From the NCBI GenBank assembly GCA_965248445.1, contig CBDFJG010000002.1, positions 320,001-384,000 of the forward strand: a DNA stretch of 64,000 nt. The letters run 5' to 3'. This document shows, piece after piece, positions 22,028 through 31,741 of the stretch. The stretch comes from Planctomycetota bacterium (GTDB taxonomy: Bacteria > Planctomycetota > JAJSAM01 > JAJVHW01). Under the pieces are notes generated by a model. That model ran no database searches, had not been told where the DNA came from, and was given only the letters and a program-made list of their open reading frames with translations. A program made the translations under genes and the position numbers. Within the stretch, counting starts at the first letter, position 1; each line of letters starts with the position of its first letter.

Positions 22028-23152
22028 TCACGTCCGCACGGCCCTGCGGAGCATGTAGAGCCCGCCGCCCACGAGCATCAGATTGCCGAGGTTCAGCCCG
22101 AGGGGCGCCGGGAGCGTCCCGGCCTCTGCCAGATTCTCGCCGAGGCGCAGCAGCGGGTAGTAGACCGGCAACGCCACGATCAGGGCGGTGATGAACGCGG
22201 CCGCGCGCGAACCGCGGCCGGTGACCAGGCCGAGGGGCGCGCCGACAATCCCGAACACCAGCGGGGCGATGCCGAGCGCGAGACGCCGCCACAATTCGGA
22301 CTGCCAGTCGCGCTTCTCCTGAGGGTCGGGAGTGTCGCGGCCCATCCGGTAGAGCAACTGTGGGACCGTCATCAGCGCGGCGCGCTTGTGCTCCTCGTGA
22401 GGCGACTCCCCGACCAGGCTCTCGAGGTTCACGGCGATCAGCGCCTCGCGCTTCGTGACGCGCGTGTCCCCCTGCCGCCATTGCGCCTCGAACAGACGGA
22501 GGAACAGCGTATCGCCATCGTCGGCGAGCCACAGCAGCGCACGCTCAGCCCGCAGTTCGAGTTGTGCGGTCCCGAGCGCCAGCCCGTCGATTGACGCGTC
22601 CGCGCTGGAGCTGTTCTTGCTGCCTCGGTACGTGATGTAGACGTCGAGAAACCCGCCCTTGTCGTCCCGCCCGCCGGCCGACATCTGGAAGTGCTTCCCG
22701 ACCGTGACGCTCGTCGACTCGCCCGCACCGAGCGCGCGCACCAACTGCTGAATCTGGTCCTTGAGGATCGCCTTCTTGCCGAGCGTCGCCCACGGCAGGA
22801 CGTCCATGTTCAGCCAGAGCGTTCCGAACGAGAGGACGATCCCGATGAGGATGGCCGGAGCGACGGCGTGCCAGGGGTGCACTCCGCCCATCTTGAAGGC
22901 CGTGAACTCGTTGTCTGAGGCGAAGCGGCCGTACGAGAGGAGGCACGCCACCAGGAACGCGAGCGGCAGCGTGATCGGGAACGCCTCGGGCAGCACGAAC
23001 GGCAGTGCTTGGAGCATCGCCACGAGGCCGAGCTCCGGGGCCTTGTGCAGGAACTGCAGGATCAGCGCGGCCCCGACGATCGCCGTGACGATCGCGAGGA
23101 GCAGGAAGAACGCGAGGATCAGTTCCTTCCCGATGTACCGCTGGAGCCTCAT
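22028..23152 (-). CDS. lptF: LPS export permease LptF (LptF/LptG family)
   Basis: MRLQRYIGKEL, YGRFASDNEFTAFKMGG, GAPLGL..GRGSR. Confidence 0.82.
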   Translation of the reverse strand: MRLQRYIGKELILAFFLLLAIVTAIVGAALILQFLHKAPELGLVAMLQALPFVLPEAFPITLPLAFLVACLLSYGRFASDNEFTAFKMGGVHPWHAVAPAILIGIVLSFGTLWLNMDVLPWATLGKKAILKDQIQQLVRALGAGESTSVTVGKHFQMSAGGRDDKGGFLDVYITYRGSKNSSSADASIDGLALGTAQLELRAERALLWLADDGDTLFLRLFEAQWRQGDTRVTKREALIAVNLESLVGESPHEEHKRAALMTVPQLLYRMGRDTPDPQEKRDWQSELWRRLALGIAPLVFGIVGAPLGLVTGRGSRAAAFITALIVALPVYYPLLRLGENLAEAGTLPAPLGLNLGNLMLVGGGLYMLRRAVRT

Positions 23153-23309
23153 GTCGGGCGCGCCCCCTCTCCTATCGCATCCAGACTTCCCGCCCGCTTC
23201 TGTCACGGTGCGTTCCGAGCCTGGCCGCAAGTCGCCAACCGCCGGAGACGGAGGACCCGCGCACGCCCCGCCTGAGGTGGATACGATCTTGCCCGCTCGC
23301 CCAACCCTC

Positions 23310-25163
23310 ATGAAATCCACCCGGTCCCACGACCCCGCCTCGGGCGCCTCCACGGTCCGCCGACTGCTCCGAGCGCTGCAGCCCCGCGTCCATCGCGTGG
23401 CGCTGGGCACCGTGCTCGGCATCGTGGCAGGCGCCCTGGCGGTCGGCGGCATCACCACACTGGCCCCCGTGCTCGACGTGATCTTGGAACCAGGAGGAAT
23501 CGACGAGACGCTCGCGCGGCTGCGCGGCATGGGCGCGCTGGGAGCCGCCGCCGCGGATCGGGCGGATGCATTCGCGGGCGGCAGCGCCCTACGGCTCCTG
23601 GCGGTGTTCCTCGGCGTGATGGTCGTGCTCTCGGCGCTGGCGGCGGTCGCCACGTTCGCGCACAAGGTGATCGTCGAGCTCGTGACGTCGCGCACGCAGC
23701 TCGATCTCGCCGAGCAGCTGTACGACCGGATCACGGAGCAGGACGAGCACACTCTGGCGCGGCTCGGCGCCGGGACGCTGTCTGCGCGCTTCAGCTACGA
23801 CCTCGACATGACGGGTAAGGCGATCGGCACGCTGATCGGGATCCTCGTGCTCGAGCCGTGCCGTTTCGTCTTCGCGCTCGGTGCAGCGCTCTTCATGTCA
23901 TGGAAGCTCGTCGTGGTGTCACTCGCTGTCGTGCCACCGGCGGCGCTCGTGCTGCAACTGCTCGGGAGACGCATCCGCAAGGCGGCCGAAGGCATGCTCG
24001 CCAAGCGCAGCGAGATGCTGTCGCGCGTGCACGAGACGGTCACGGCACTCCCCGCCGTGCAGGTCTACGGTCGCGAGGACCGCGAGCGTTCGCGCTTCCG
24101 CCAGGTGACCGGCCGCGTGTACGCGTGGACGAAGCGATTGGCGCGGCTCGAGGCGGCCAACGGACCCGGTCTGCAGTTGGCCGAAGTGCTCGCCATTGCA
24201 CCGGTGCTCTGGTTCGGCGGGTGGCTCGTCGTGAACGGCGAACTGCGCAAGGGCGCGCTCATGGCGGTCTTCGCGCTGCTCGGCGCCGCCTGGGGACCGC
24301 TGCGTAAGACGGCCGGCGCTGCTAATCGTCTGCAGGGCGGCATCGCGGGCGCGGCGCGTCTGTTCGGATCGATCGACATGCCCCGCCGCGTGGAGGAGCG
24401 CAGCGGCGCACAGCCGTTCCCGCCCGTGGCGCACGAGGTGAGGTGGGACGGCGTGCGCATCGTGCACGCGGACGGGCGCGTCGCGCTCGACGGCGTCTCG
24501 TTCCACGCGCCGGCCGGTAGGACAACAGCTCTGGTCGGGCCATCCGGATCCGGCAAGACGACCGCGCTGCACATGCTCCCCCGTCTGCTCGATCCAGACG
24601 ACGGGAGCGTCACACTCGACGGACGCGACGTCCGGGATTGCACCCTCGTGTCGCTGCGTGCGCGCCTGGCACTCGTGACGCAGCATTCGCGGCTGTTGGG
24701 CGGCACGCTTGCGGAGAACATCGCGTACGCGCGGCCGGCGGCGTCTGCCGAGGAGATAGCAGCGGCGGTTCGCATCGCGCGCGTGGACGAGATCGCCGAT
24801 CGTCTTCCCCAGGGGCTAGAGACCGTGCTCGACGAGGGGGGGGCCGGTCTATCGGGCGGTGAGCGGCAGCGCGTCGCGATTGCACGCGCTGTAGTGCGGG
24901 ATCCCGAGATCCTGCTGCTCGACGAACCGACGTCTGCTCTGGACCCCGAGAACGAACGTCTGGTCGAAGCGGCGATGACGGAGATGGCGCGTGGCCGCAC
25001 GACGATCGTCGTGGCGCACCGGCGCGAGACCGTGCTCGCGGCAGATCACGTCGTCGTGCTGGCCGGAGGGAGGGTCGAGGCCGAAGGCACGCCAGACGAC
25101 GTGGCCGTGGCCTCGGCCACGTTCCGGGAGCTCTTCGGCGACGTGGTAAGACAGGAGGCATGA
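23310..25163 (+). CDS. ABC exporter, fused TMD-NBD (MsbA-like)
   Basis: GPSGSGKT, LSGGERQR, LLLDEPTSALD, N-terminal ABC membrane domain. Confidence 0.92.
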   Translation: MKSTRSHDPASGASTVRRLLRALQPRVHRVALGTVLGIVAGALAVGGITTLAPVLDVILEPGGIDETLARLRGMGALGAAAADRADAFAGGSALRLLAVFLGVMVVLSALAAVATFAHKVIVELVTSRTQLDLAEQLYDRITEQDEHTLARLGAGTLSARFSYDLDMTGKAIGTLIGILVLEPCRFVFALGAALFMSWKLVVVSLAVVPPAALVLQLLGRRIRKAAEGMLAKRSEMLSRVHETVTALPAVQVYGREDRERSRFRQVTGRVYAWTKRLARLEAANGPGLQLAEVLAIAPVLWFGGWLVVNGELRKGALMAVFALLGAAWGPLRKTAGAANRLQGGIAGAARLFGSIDMPRRVEERSGAQPFPPVAHEVRWDGVRIVHADGRVALDGVSFHAPAGRTTALVGPSGSGKTTALHMLPRLLDPDDGSVTLDGRDVRDCTLVSLRARLALVTQHSRLLGGTLAENIAYARPAASAEEIAAAVRIARVDEIADRLPQGLETVLDEGGAGLSGGERQRVAIARAVVRDPEILLLDEPTSALDPENERLVEAAMTEMARGRTTIVVAHRRETVLAADHVVVLAGGRVEAEGTPDDVAVASATFRELFGDVVRQEA

Positions 25164-26098
25164 GCCCACTCCTGCCCCGCCACCCTGTTTCCATCGTCGG
25201 CGTGCGGCTCGATCTCGGGGCCGGACGCCGCGGCACCGACATGGGTCCCTCCGCCGTCCGTATCGCCGGCCTGCACGATGGCCTGGCCCGGGCCGGCTTC
25301 AGGGACGTCGTCGATACCGGCGACGTGGGACACGACGCCGTCGAGACACTCGACGCCGGCGATCCCAAGGCCAAGCACCTGGACGAGATAGCAAGCGTCT
25401 GCACGCAGCTCGCTGCGCGCGTCAGGGGTGTGCTCGATGAAGGCCGCGTTCCCGTGGTCATCGGCGGCGATCACTCGTGCGCTGTCGGCACGTTCTCCGG
25501 CGTCGTCGCGCACTTCCGCCAGAAGGACGTCCAGCCCGGGATCATCTGGGTCGATGCGCACGGGGATATGAACACGCCCTCGTCCTCGAACAGCGGCAAC
25601 GTGCACGGGATGCCGCTCGCAGCGCTGCTCGGCATGGGCCCGGGTGAACTGACGGACATCGCCGGCGCCAAGCCGAAGGTCACCTCCGACCGCGTTGCGC
25701 TCGTCGGCATCCGCGACCTCGACTACGAGGAGCGCAAGATCGTCCACAACTCGAACGTCACCGTCTTCACGATGAAGGACATCGACGAGATGGGCATGAC
25801 GGCCGTCATGCGCGAGGCGATTGGAGTCGCGAGCGGTCCGGGAGCCGAGCCGTTCCACATGAGCTTCGACCTCGACGGCGTGGACCCGGAGCACGCCCCC
25901 GGCGTCGGCACCGCCGTGTTGGGCGGTCTGACCTACCGCGAGGCGCACCTCGCGATGGAACTGGCCGCCGAGTCCCGCCGCATGTGCAGCGTCGAAGTCA
26001 CCGAGATCAACCCGATCCTCGACGTCGCCAACCGCACCGGCAAGCTGGCCATGGAGCTGATCCTGTCGGCCCTCGGCAAGCGCATCTTCGCTGACTGA
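25160..26098 (+). CDS. rocF: Arginase
   Basis: GGDHS, WVDAHGD, SGNVHGMP, SFDLDGVDP, EINP. Confidence 0.95.
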   Translation: MSPLLPRHPVSIVGVRLDLGAGRRGTDMGPSAVRIAGLHDGLARAGFRDVVDTGDVGHDAVETLDAGDPKAKHLDEIASVCTQLAARVRGVLDEGRVPVVIGGDHSCAVGTFSGVVAHFRQKDVQPGIIWVDAHGDMNTPSSSNSGNVHGMPLAALLGMGPGELTDIAGAKPKVTSDRVALVGIRDLDYEERKIVHNSNVTVFTMKDIDEMGMTAVMREAIGVASGPGAEPFHMSFDLDGVDPEHAPGVGTAVLGGLTYREAHLAMELAAESRRMCSVEVTEINPILDVANRTGKLAMELILSALGKRIFAD

Positions 26099-26228
26099 CC
26101 GCCGGTCGAAGCGGCCCTGCGGGTCACGAATCGTCGCTGCGCGGCGAACCCGTTGGCATCCTCGGCCGTTCTGGTGGCGGACGCCGGTCCATGGCGGACC
26201 GGGGTGGACACACGAAGAAGAGGCAGCC

Positions 26229-27197
26229 ATGGCGACCAAGCGACATCTCAGCGGCCTGCAGCCGTCGGGGCTGTTGCACCTCGGCAACTACTTCGGCGCC
26301 ATCGTCCAGCATCTCGAGAACCAGACGGCCGGCGAGTCGTACTACTTCATCGCTGACTACCACGCGCTGACCACGATCCATGACGCCGGGGCATTTCGCG
26401 CGAACGTGCGCGACGTGGCCGTGACGTATCTCTCGCTGGGACTCGACCCGGAGACGTCGACGCTCTATCGCCAGAGTGACGTTCCCGAGGTCACAGAGCT
26501 GGCCTGGCTGCTGGCGACGGTGACGCCCATGGGGCTGCTCGAACGCGCCGTGTCCTACAAGGACAAGGTCGCAAAGGGCCTGTCCGCGTCCGCGGGGTTG
26601 TTCACGTACCCCCTGCTGATGGCTGCGGACATCCTCATCGTCGACTCCGAGGTCGTGCCGGTCGGCAAGGACCAGAAGCAGCACGTCGAGATGACGCGCG
26701 ACATCGCCGGGTACTTCAATCAGCGGTACGGCGAGGTCTTCGTGCTCCCCGAGGTGCAGCTCAACAGCGCCCCCCTCGTTCCCGGCACGGACGGCGAGAA
26801 GATGTCGAAGTCCTACGGCAACCACATCCCGCTGTTCGAGTCGGGCAAGCGTCTCACGAAGCTCGTGATGTCGATCGTCACGGACTCGACCCCGGTCGAG
26901 GACCCGAAGGACCCGGACAACTGCACGGTCTTCGAGCTCTACTCACTCTTCGCCAGCGTGGCGGAGCGCGACGCGCTGGCGGCACGCTACCGCGCGGGCG
27001 GCATGGGCTACGGCGACGCCAAGAAGCAGTTGCTCGGGAAGATCGAGGAGCACTTCGCGCCATTCATCGCACGGCGGGAGGAGTTGCTAGCGGACCCGGG
27101 TTACGTCGATGACGTCTTGCGCGAAGGTGCTGTGCGTGCGCGCGCCGTGGCGCGCGACGTCACGAACCGAGCGCGCCGCGCGTGCGGCATCGACTGA
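26229..27197 (+). CDS. trpS: Tryptophan--tRNA ligase
   Basis: HLGN, YPLLMAADIL, VPVGKDQKQH, KMSKS. Confidence 0.97.
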   Translation: MATKRHLSGLQPSGLLHLGNYFGAIVQHLENQTAGESYYFIADYHALTTIHDAGAFRANVRDVAVTYLSLGLDPETSTLYRQSDVPEVTELAWLLATVTPMGLLERAVSYKDKVAKGLSASAGLFTYPLLMAADILIVDSEVVPVGKDQKQHVEMTRDIAGYFNQRYGEVFVLPEVQLNSAPLVPGTDGEKMSKSYGNHIPLFESGKRLTKLVMSIVTDSTPVEDPKDPDNCTVFELYSLFASVAERDALAARYRAGGMGYGDAKKQLLGKIEEHFAPFIARREELLADPGYVDDVLREGAVRARAVARDVTNRARRACGID

Positions 27198-27231
27198 CCG
27201 CGGGTGTTCCGCACGCCGACGACACCACGGT

Positions 27232-27304
27232 TGTAGGGGCGGGCCGCTGCGCCCGCCCGCGAAACCCGTCGAGGCACGGGCGGGCGCGGCGGCCCGTCCC
27301 TACA
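27232..27304. repeat. Inverted pair of GTAG-type REP sequences (REPIN-like)
   Basis: TGTAGGGGCGGGCCGCTGCGCCCGCCCG (27232-27259) and an inverted copy (27277-27304) with 2 mismatches in 28 bp, between convergent genes. Confidence 0.7.
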
Positions 27305-27340
27305 GGGGTTCCGCGTACTCGCCCCCTTCGTCGCTACCGC

Positions 27341-28651
27341 CTACTTCGAGAATTCATCCAGGATCTCGCGCAGCTTCTGGCGTGCGCGGTCAGCGAGTTC
27401 GGGGATGCCGATGTCGTTCGCCGCGTTCGTGAGGACCTTGCTGGCCTGGAAGTTCGTGCCCTGCTCGGCCTTCTCGTAGGCGCGGGAGATCCGCATGCCG
27501 AGCCACTTCTCAGCGTCCTTGAACAGCTTGCGCTCCATGTCATCGCTCTGCCGCCCGAGCGCCGGATCTGCCGCGCCGAACTTCGTGCGGAACTCCTTGC
27601 ACTTGTCGATCGCGGCGCCGAACCGGCCGAGCTTGCTCAGTCCGGCGACGTCCGCCTGCAGGCGGTTCCATCCCTCTTGCGCGGTCCTCGGTTCGTCGGC
27701 GCCCGACGACCCGGTGATCTTGACACGCTCCTTGCGCACTTCGTCGACCGCGGGGCCGCCCAGATGGCCGTACTCGGCGAGGAACGAGTCGAGTTTGATC
27801 AGGTACTCCGCGTCGTTCTTCCAGTTGTCGTCCTGTCGCCAGGTCCGGATCGCGATCTGCGCCTGGATCGACTCGTTGACTCTCCCCGCGTTCTTCTCCG
27901 ACTCGATGTTGCGCGCCGCGCGCTCCTTGAGTTCGGTGATGCGACCGCCGAACGCCGGGTCGTTCTCGTCGGCGGCCTGCGCGGCGGTGAGCACGCCCTG
28001 CCAGTTCATCTTGCGCTCGGCCGCCTGCATGTCGATGAAGGCGCGCTCGGCGGGCGCGACGGTGTCATTGAGCATCATCCAGCCGAGTCCGGCGATGATG
28101 ACCAAGCCGCCGAGCAAGCCCATGATCATCGGCGCGGGACTGGACTTCTTTCGGCGGAACCGCCGGCGCGGGCGCTCTTCCTCGTAGCCGTCGTCGCGAC
28201 GAGAGGACCGGCGGGCGGGCGCGGCGCGCCGTGACGTCCGTGCCGGCGCTCGGCGCGCTGAGGCGCGACCGGGAGCCGCGCGCCCGCTTCCCGCGCTCGA
28301 GACCGCCCGCCGAAGTTCCGCTTCCGAGACCACGGAGGTTGTGGCGGGAGCGGCACCGGTCGCTCCCGCGTCGTCGCGGAACACGAGCCGGACGTCGCCC
28401 ACCTCGAGAACGTCGTCAGCGCGCAGCGGGTGCTGGTTGACGTAGCGGCCGTTCACGCGCGTGCCCGCGTCGCTCTCGAGGTCGACGACCTTCCACGCAC
28501 CCATCACCGCGACGATCTTGCAATGCTCGGACGACACCGAGCGATGGTCCAGCACGACGTCGCACGCCGTGTCCGAACCGATCACATTGTCGCCGGTCGA
28601 CAGGACGTAGCTGCGTTCGCCGAGCGGACCGCTGGTCTCGAGCTTGGGCAC
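27341..28651 (-). CDS. FHA-domain membrane protein
   Basis: N-terminal FHA (IGS..CDVVLDHRSVSSEHC..DLES..GTRVNG), Arg-rich linker, one TM, helical C-terminal domain. Confidence 0.85.
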   Translation of the reverse strand: MPKLETSGPLGERSYVLSTGDNVIGSDTACDVVLDHRSVSSEHCKIVAVMGAWKVVDLESDAGTRVNGRYVNQHPLRADDVLEVGDVRLVFRDDAGATGAAPATTSVVSEAELRRAVSSAGSGRAAPGRASARRAPARTSRRAAPARRSSRRDDGYEEERPRRRFRRKKSSPAPMIMGLLGGLVIIAGLGWMMLNDTVAPAERAFIDMQAAERKMNWQGVLTAAQAADENDPAFGGRITELKERAARNIESEKNAGRVNESIQAQIAIRTWRQDDNWKNDAEYLIKLDSFLAEYGHLGGPAVDEVRKERVKITGSSGADEPRTAQEGWNRLQADVAGLSKLGRFGAAIDKCKEFRTKFGAADPALGRQSDDMERKLFKDAEKWLGMRISRAYEKAEQGTNFQASKVLTNAANDIGIPELADRARQKLREILDEFSK

Positions 28652-28860
28652 GTGCCCCCCCCCTCTGTCCTCTCGCGGGCTCTGACGCCGGTCAGAACCC
28701 GTCGTTCGTGGCGCGGAAACCGAAGGAGTGGGCGCCACGCTTTCGCCAGTCTCCCGCCGCCGGTCGCCGAGGCTAACACGGTCCCTGGGCGCGGGGGTGG
28801 ACCGACCCAGAGCCGCCAGCATGGCCCCCGACATGGCCCCAAGCTCTCGGTCGTGGCGGC

Positions 28861-29334
28861 ATGACACCGCGCCAACGATTGCCTCGTCCCCCGTGCGCCC
28901 GCTGCGGGCAGCCCGCGGGGCAGCGCCACAACAAGCACTGCTCTCGTGCGTGCGCTCGGGAGGCCGCTGCGCAGGGGCTTCGCAAGTTCGACCTACCCAA
29001 CGACGAACTCGCCCGGCTCGTGTGGGAATTCACGATGCCGGAGCTGGGTCGCCGGTTCGGGGTGTCTTCGACGGCGGTCGCGATCCGGTGCAAGAAGCGC
29101 GGCATCAAGACCCCTGTCCCGGGGTTCTGGAACGGACGCGCCTCTGGGCGCTTCGATGCGCGCGGACGGTTCCGTAATCAGATCGTCTGGTGCGGCTGCG
29201 GCTGTGGCGAAGTCATGAAGGGGCGTAGCGGCTACCGCCTGCAGGAGGCGGGGCTGGTCGAACTCACCGTCGCGCCGGGGTTGTCCGACTGGCGGCGGCT
29301 GCGGAAGTCCCCCACCCAGAGCAAGGAGACGTGA
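28861..29334 (+). CDS. Zn-finger plus HTH protein, phage-like
   Basis: CARC..CSRAC; ELARLVW..PELGRRFGVSSTAVAIRCKKRGIKTP..GFW. Confidence 0.6.
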   Translation: MTPRQRLPRPPCARCGQPAGQRHNKHCSRACAREAAAQGLRKFDLPNDELARLVWEFTMPELGRRFGVSSTAVAIRCKKRGIKTPVPGFWNGRASGRFDARGRFRNQIVWCGCGCGEVMKGRSGYRLQEAGLVELTVAPGLSDWRRLRKSPTQSKET

Positions 29335-29981
29335 TGGCGGAAGTGACGTTCAACGAGACGACGCTCCTCTTCGCAATCTCGCAGGGCTGGAAGCTGACCG
29401 GTGGAAGCGGCTCTGTGTTGTTCCACCGGCCCGACGGGACGACGTGCGGGCAGAGCGTCGCAGAGACGGAGATCCCGCAGTGGTACGCAGAGCAGCAGTC
29501 CCGCGTCACCGCTGGGGACGCGCTACGGGAGGCCGTTCAGTCGCCCACCGTCACTGAGTGGTTGGCGCTTGATGGGCCGTCCTTGGCGGACTCGTTCGCT
29601 CCCGCGCACGACGACACGCAAGCCGAGGCTTGGTGGCGGCGCGCTGCGTGGTCCCTTGCCCAGCAGCTCGCCGACCTGAAGAACGCGGAGAAGGGGGAGC
29701 CCGAGGAGGAGACAGTCCAGCGTTGCCGCGCATCCCAGACGGGCGTGGACAAGTTCTGCTCGCGGCCACCAGGTCACCTCGGCGACCACATCGCGCGCTT
29801 CGGCCACGAGGAAGCCGGTGCGCTCATGGAGTGCTGGCCGCAAGACGCCTGGATCGAGGAGGCGGCTGCGCGGGCATGGGATGAGCACAAGCGCCAGTTC
29901 CCTCGCTTCAGCGAGTGGATCGGCACCGAGCCGCTCGCCAGCATCATCCGCGACTGCTACCGGAACCGAGGCGCGAAGTGA
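29331..29981 (+). CDS. Phage-like hypothetical protein
   Basis: AAGGAG RBS; overlaps both neighbours. Confidence 0.6.
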   Translation: MMAEVTFNETTLLFAISQGWKLTGGSGSVLFHRPDGTTCGQSVAETEIPQWYAEQQSRVTAGDALREAVQSPTVTEWLALDGPSLADSFAPAHDDTQAEAWWRRAAWSLAQQLADLKNAEKGEPEEETVQRCRASQTGVDKFCSRPPGHLGDHIARFGHEEAGALMECWPQDAWIEEAAARAWDEHKRQFPRFSEWIGTEPLASIIRDCYRNRGAK

Positions 29982-30247
29982 GCCACTGCCAAGGGTGCGC
30001 CACGCTGGAGGCTGAGGCTCTAAGCCTTGCTCGCGACCATCAGTTCCAGATGGAGAAGCGCGTAGCGGCTGAGGCCGAGGTCAAGCGACTGACTGCGGAG
30101 CGGGACGACCACTCTCTCCGCGCCATCGGCCGACGCATCGTCGCCGAGGCGCAGGCCGACACGACACCCGGATCCCCGTTCGCCGCCCGCATTGAGGAGG
30201 CAGCCGTGCGCGTCTTGCGCGAGCAGCTCGAAGGGAGCGCCACATGA
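29978..30247 (+). CDS. Phage-like hypothetical protein (CxxC, coiled coil)
   Basis: GTGA overlap start, ATGA overlap end. Confidence 0.55.
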   Translation: MSHCQGCATLEAEALSLARDHQFQMEKRVAAEAEVKRLTAERDDHSLRAIGRRIVAEAQADTTPGSPFAARIEEAAVRVLREQLEGSAT

Positions 30248-30663
30248 GCGCTCGCTGTCCCCACTGCCAAGAGAGCAAGCGACTCACCGAACTCGAGGAA
30301 CGCGTCGCAACGCTCGAAGGGCTGATCAAGGGCACCGGCACCAGCGATCGCTTCGACGGCTCGCTCAGCACGATCGTCGAGACCGTCGGACGCCTCTGGC
30401 TCCTGAAGCCGGCCGTCATCATCGGCCCGCAGCGCACGAAACGCATCTCCGAAGCGCGCCAGGTCGTGTTCTACATCGCGTGCCTCTCTCTGGATGAGTC
30501 GCTCGTGGAGATCGGCCGGTGGCTTGGCGGGCGCGATCACAGCACCGTCATCTACGGCCGTGACCGAGCGACCGCGCGACTGGCGACGGACAGTGCGTTC
30601 GCTGATCGCGTGACGGGTGCGCTCGCTGCGCTCGGACTCCTGGAGACGGAGCAGGCGGCGTGA
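30244..30663 (+). CDS. Stand-alone DnaA domain IV (Bac_DnaA_C) HTH protein
   Basis: RTKRISEARQVVFYIA..SLVEIGRWLGGRDHSTVIYG matches the DnaA C-terminal signature. Confidence 0.88.
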   Translation: MSARCPHCQESKRLTELEERVATLEGLIKGTGTSDRFDGSLSTIVETVGRLWLLKPAVIIGPQRTKRISEARQVVFYIACLSLDESLVEIGRWLGGRDHSTVIYGRDRATARLATDSAFADRVTGALAALGLLETEQAA

Positions 30664-31718
30664 GCACCACGAAGATCGAGTGGACACGCGGCGACGACGG
30701 AACGCCGGGTAAGACGTGGAACCCGTTGCGCGGCTGCAGCAAGGTCAGCGCCGGCTGCAAACACTGCTACGCCGAGACGATGGCGATGCGCTTCTCCAAG
30801 CCGGGACTCTGGGGCCACGGCGTCGCCGATGCGAACGGTTGGACCGGCAAGGTCGTCCTCGCTCCCGAGAAGACGCTCACGGCGCCGCTGCGGTGGCGGA
30901 AGCCGTGTCGCGTGTTCGTCAACTCGACGAGCGACCTGTTCCACGAGCGGGTCGCGTTCGAGTGGATGGCGCTGATCTTCGCGGTTATGGCGCTCTCGCC
31001 ACAGCACACGTTCCAGTGTCTGACCAAGCGGCCGGCACGGATGCGCCGGTTCGTCGAGATGCTCACCCCACCAGGCGAGTCGCGTCGCCTCATGGCGGAC
31101 GCACTCGGGCGCTACCCCGTCGATCTCCCGAAGCGGAACGGCGGGTGGCAGGTCCCGTACGAGTGGCCCCTCCCGAACGTGCACGTCGGCTTCTCAGCAT
31201 CCAACCAGGAGACGTTCGACGCGCGCGTGGACGACGCCGTCGCGACGCCGGCTGCGGTCACGTTCGTCTCCCTCGAGCCCATGCTCGGGCCGGTGGATCT
31301 CACGGGCTGGTTCCCGGACCGACTCGCGCCCGGCGCGCGCTGGGCGGACTGCCTCTGCGCGGAGATCGACCCGAGTGACGTGCCCTGCGTCGTGTGCGAG
31401 GCGCAGAACGGAATCGACTGGGTCATCTGCGGCGGCGAGAGCGGCCCCGGCGCGCGGCCGTTCGATCTCAAGTGGGCACGGTCGGTTCGCGATCAGTGCG
31501 CCGATGCGGGCATCGCGTTCTTCCTGAAGCAGACCGGCGCCTGGCCGATGGACACGACGCATAACCTCCTCGACGCCGGGTCGTCGGCGTACGCGAACCG
31601 CTGCGCCACGGGTATCCACGACAAGAAGGGTGGGGACCCATCGGAATGGCCGGACGACCTGCGCACCTGCCGCGCGTTCCCCGCGTCCCCCCAGCAGCCC
31701 GGAGGTGCAGCGCAGTGA
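30660..31718 (+). CDS. Phage Gp37/Gp68 family (DUF5131) protein
   Basis: TKIEWT, WNP..GCSKVSAGCKHCYAE, FVNSTSDLFHE, LTKRP, SLEPMLG, DWVICGGESGPGARP, FFLKQ.G. Confidence 0.93.
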   Translation: MSTTKIEWTRGDDGTPGKTWNPLRGCSKVSAGCKHCYAETMAMRFSKPGLWGHGVADANGWTGKVVLAPEKTLTAPLRWRKPCRVFVNSTSDLFHERVAFEWMALIFAVMALSPQHTFQCLTKRPARMRRFVEMLTPPGESRRLMADALGRYPVDLPKRNGGWQVPYEWPLPNVHVGFSASNQETFDARVDDAVATPAAVTFVSLEPMLGPVDLTGWFPDRLAPGARWADCLCAEIDPSDVPCVVCEAQNGIDWVICGGESGPGARPFDLKWARSVRDQCADAGIAFFLKQTGAWPMDTTHNLLDAGSSAYANRCATGIHDKKGGDPSEWPDDLRTCRAFPASPQQPGGAAQ

Positions 31719-31741
31719 AAACCCATAACAGGAGGAACGAC

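Noticed and set aside
26099..26228. T-box riboswitch upstream of trpS
   Set aside because: Only about 130 bp, with no T-box consensus or terminator.
28655..28663. G9 tract before the FHA gene start as a phase-variable switch
   Set aside because: Non-coding RBS spacer in a GC-rich genome; no evidence of variation.
28820..28840. CATGGCCCC direct repeat as the prophage att core
   Set aside because: Short local tandem repeat; no matching copy seen at the other end of the phage-like region.
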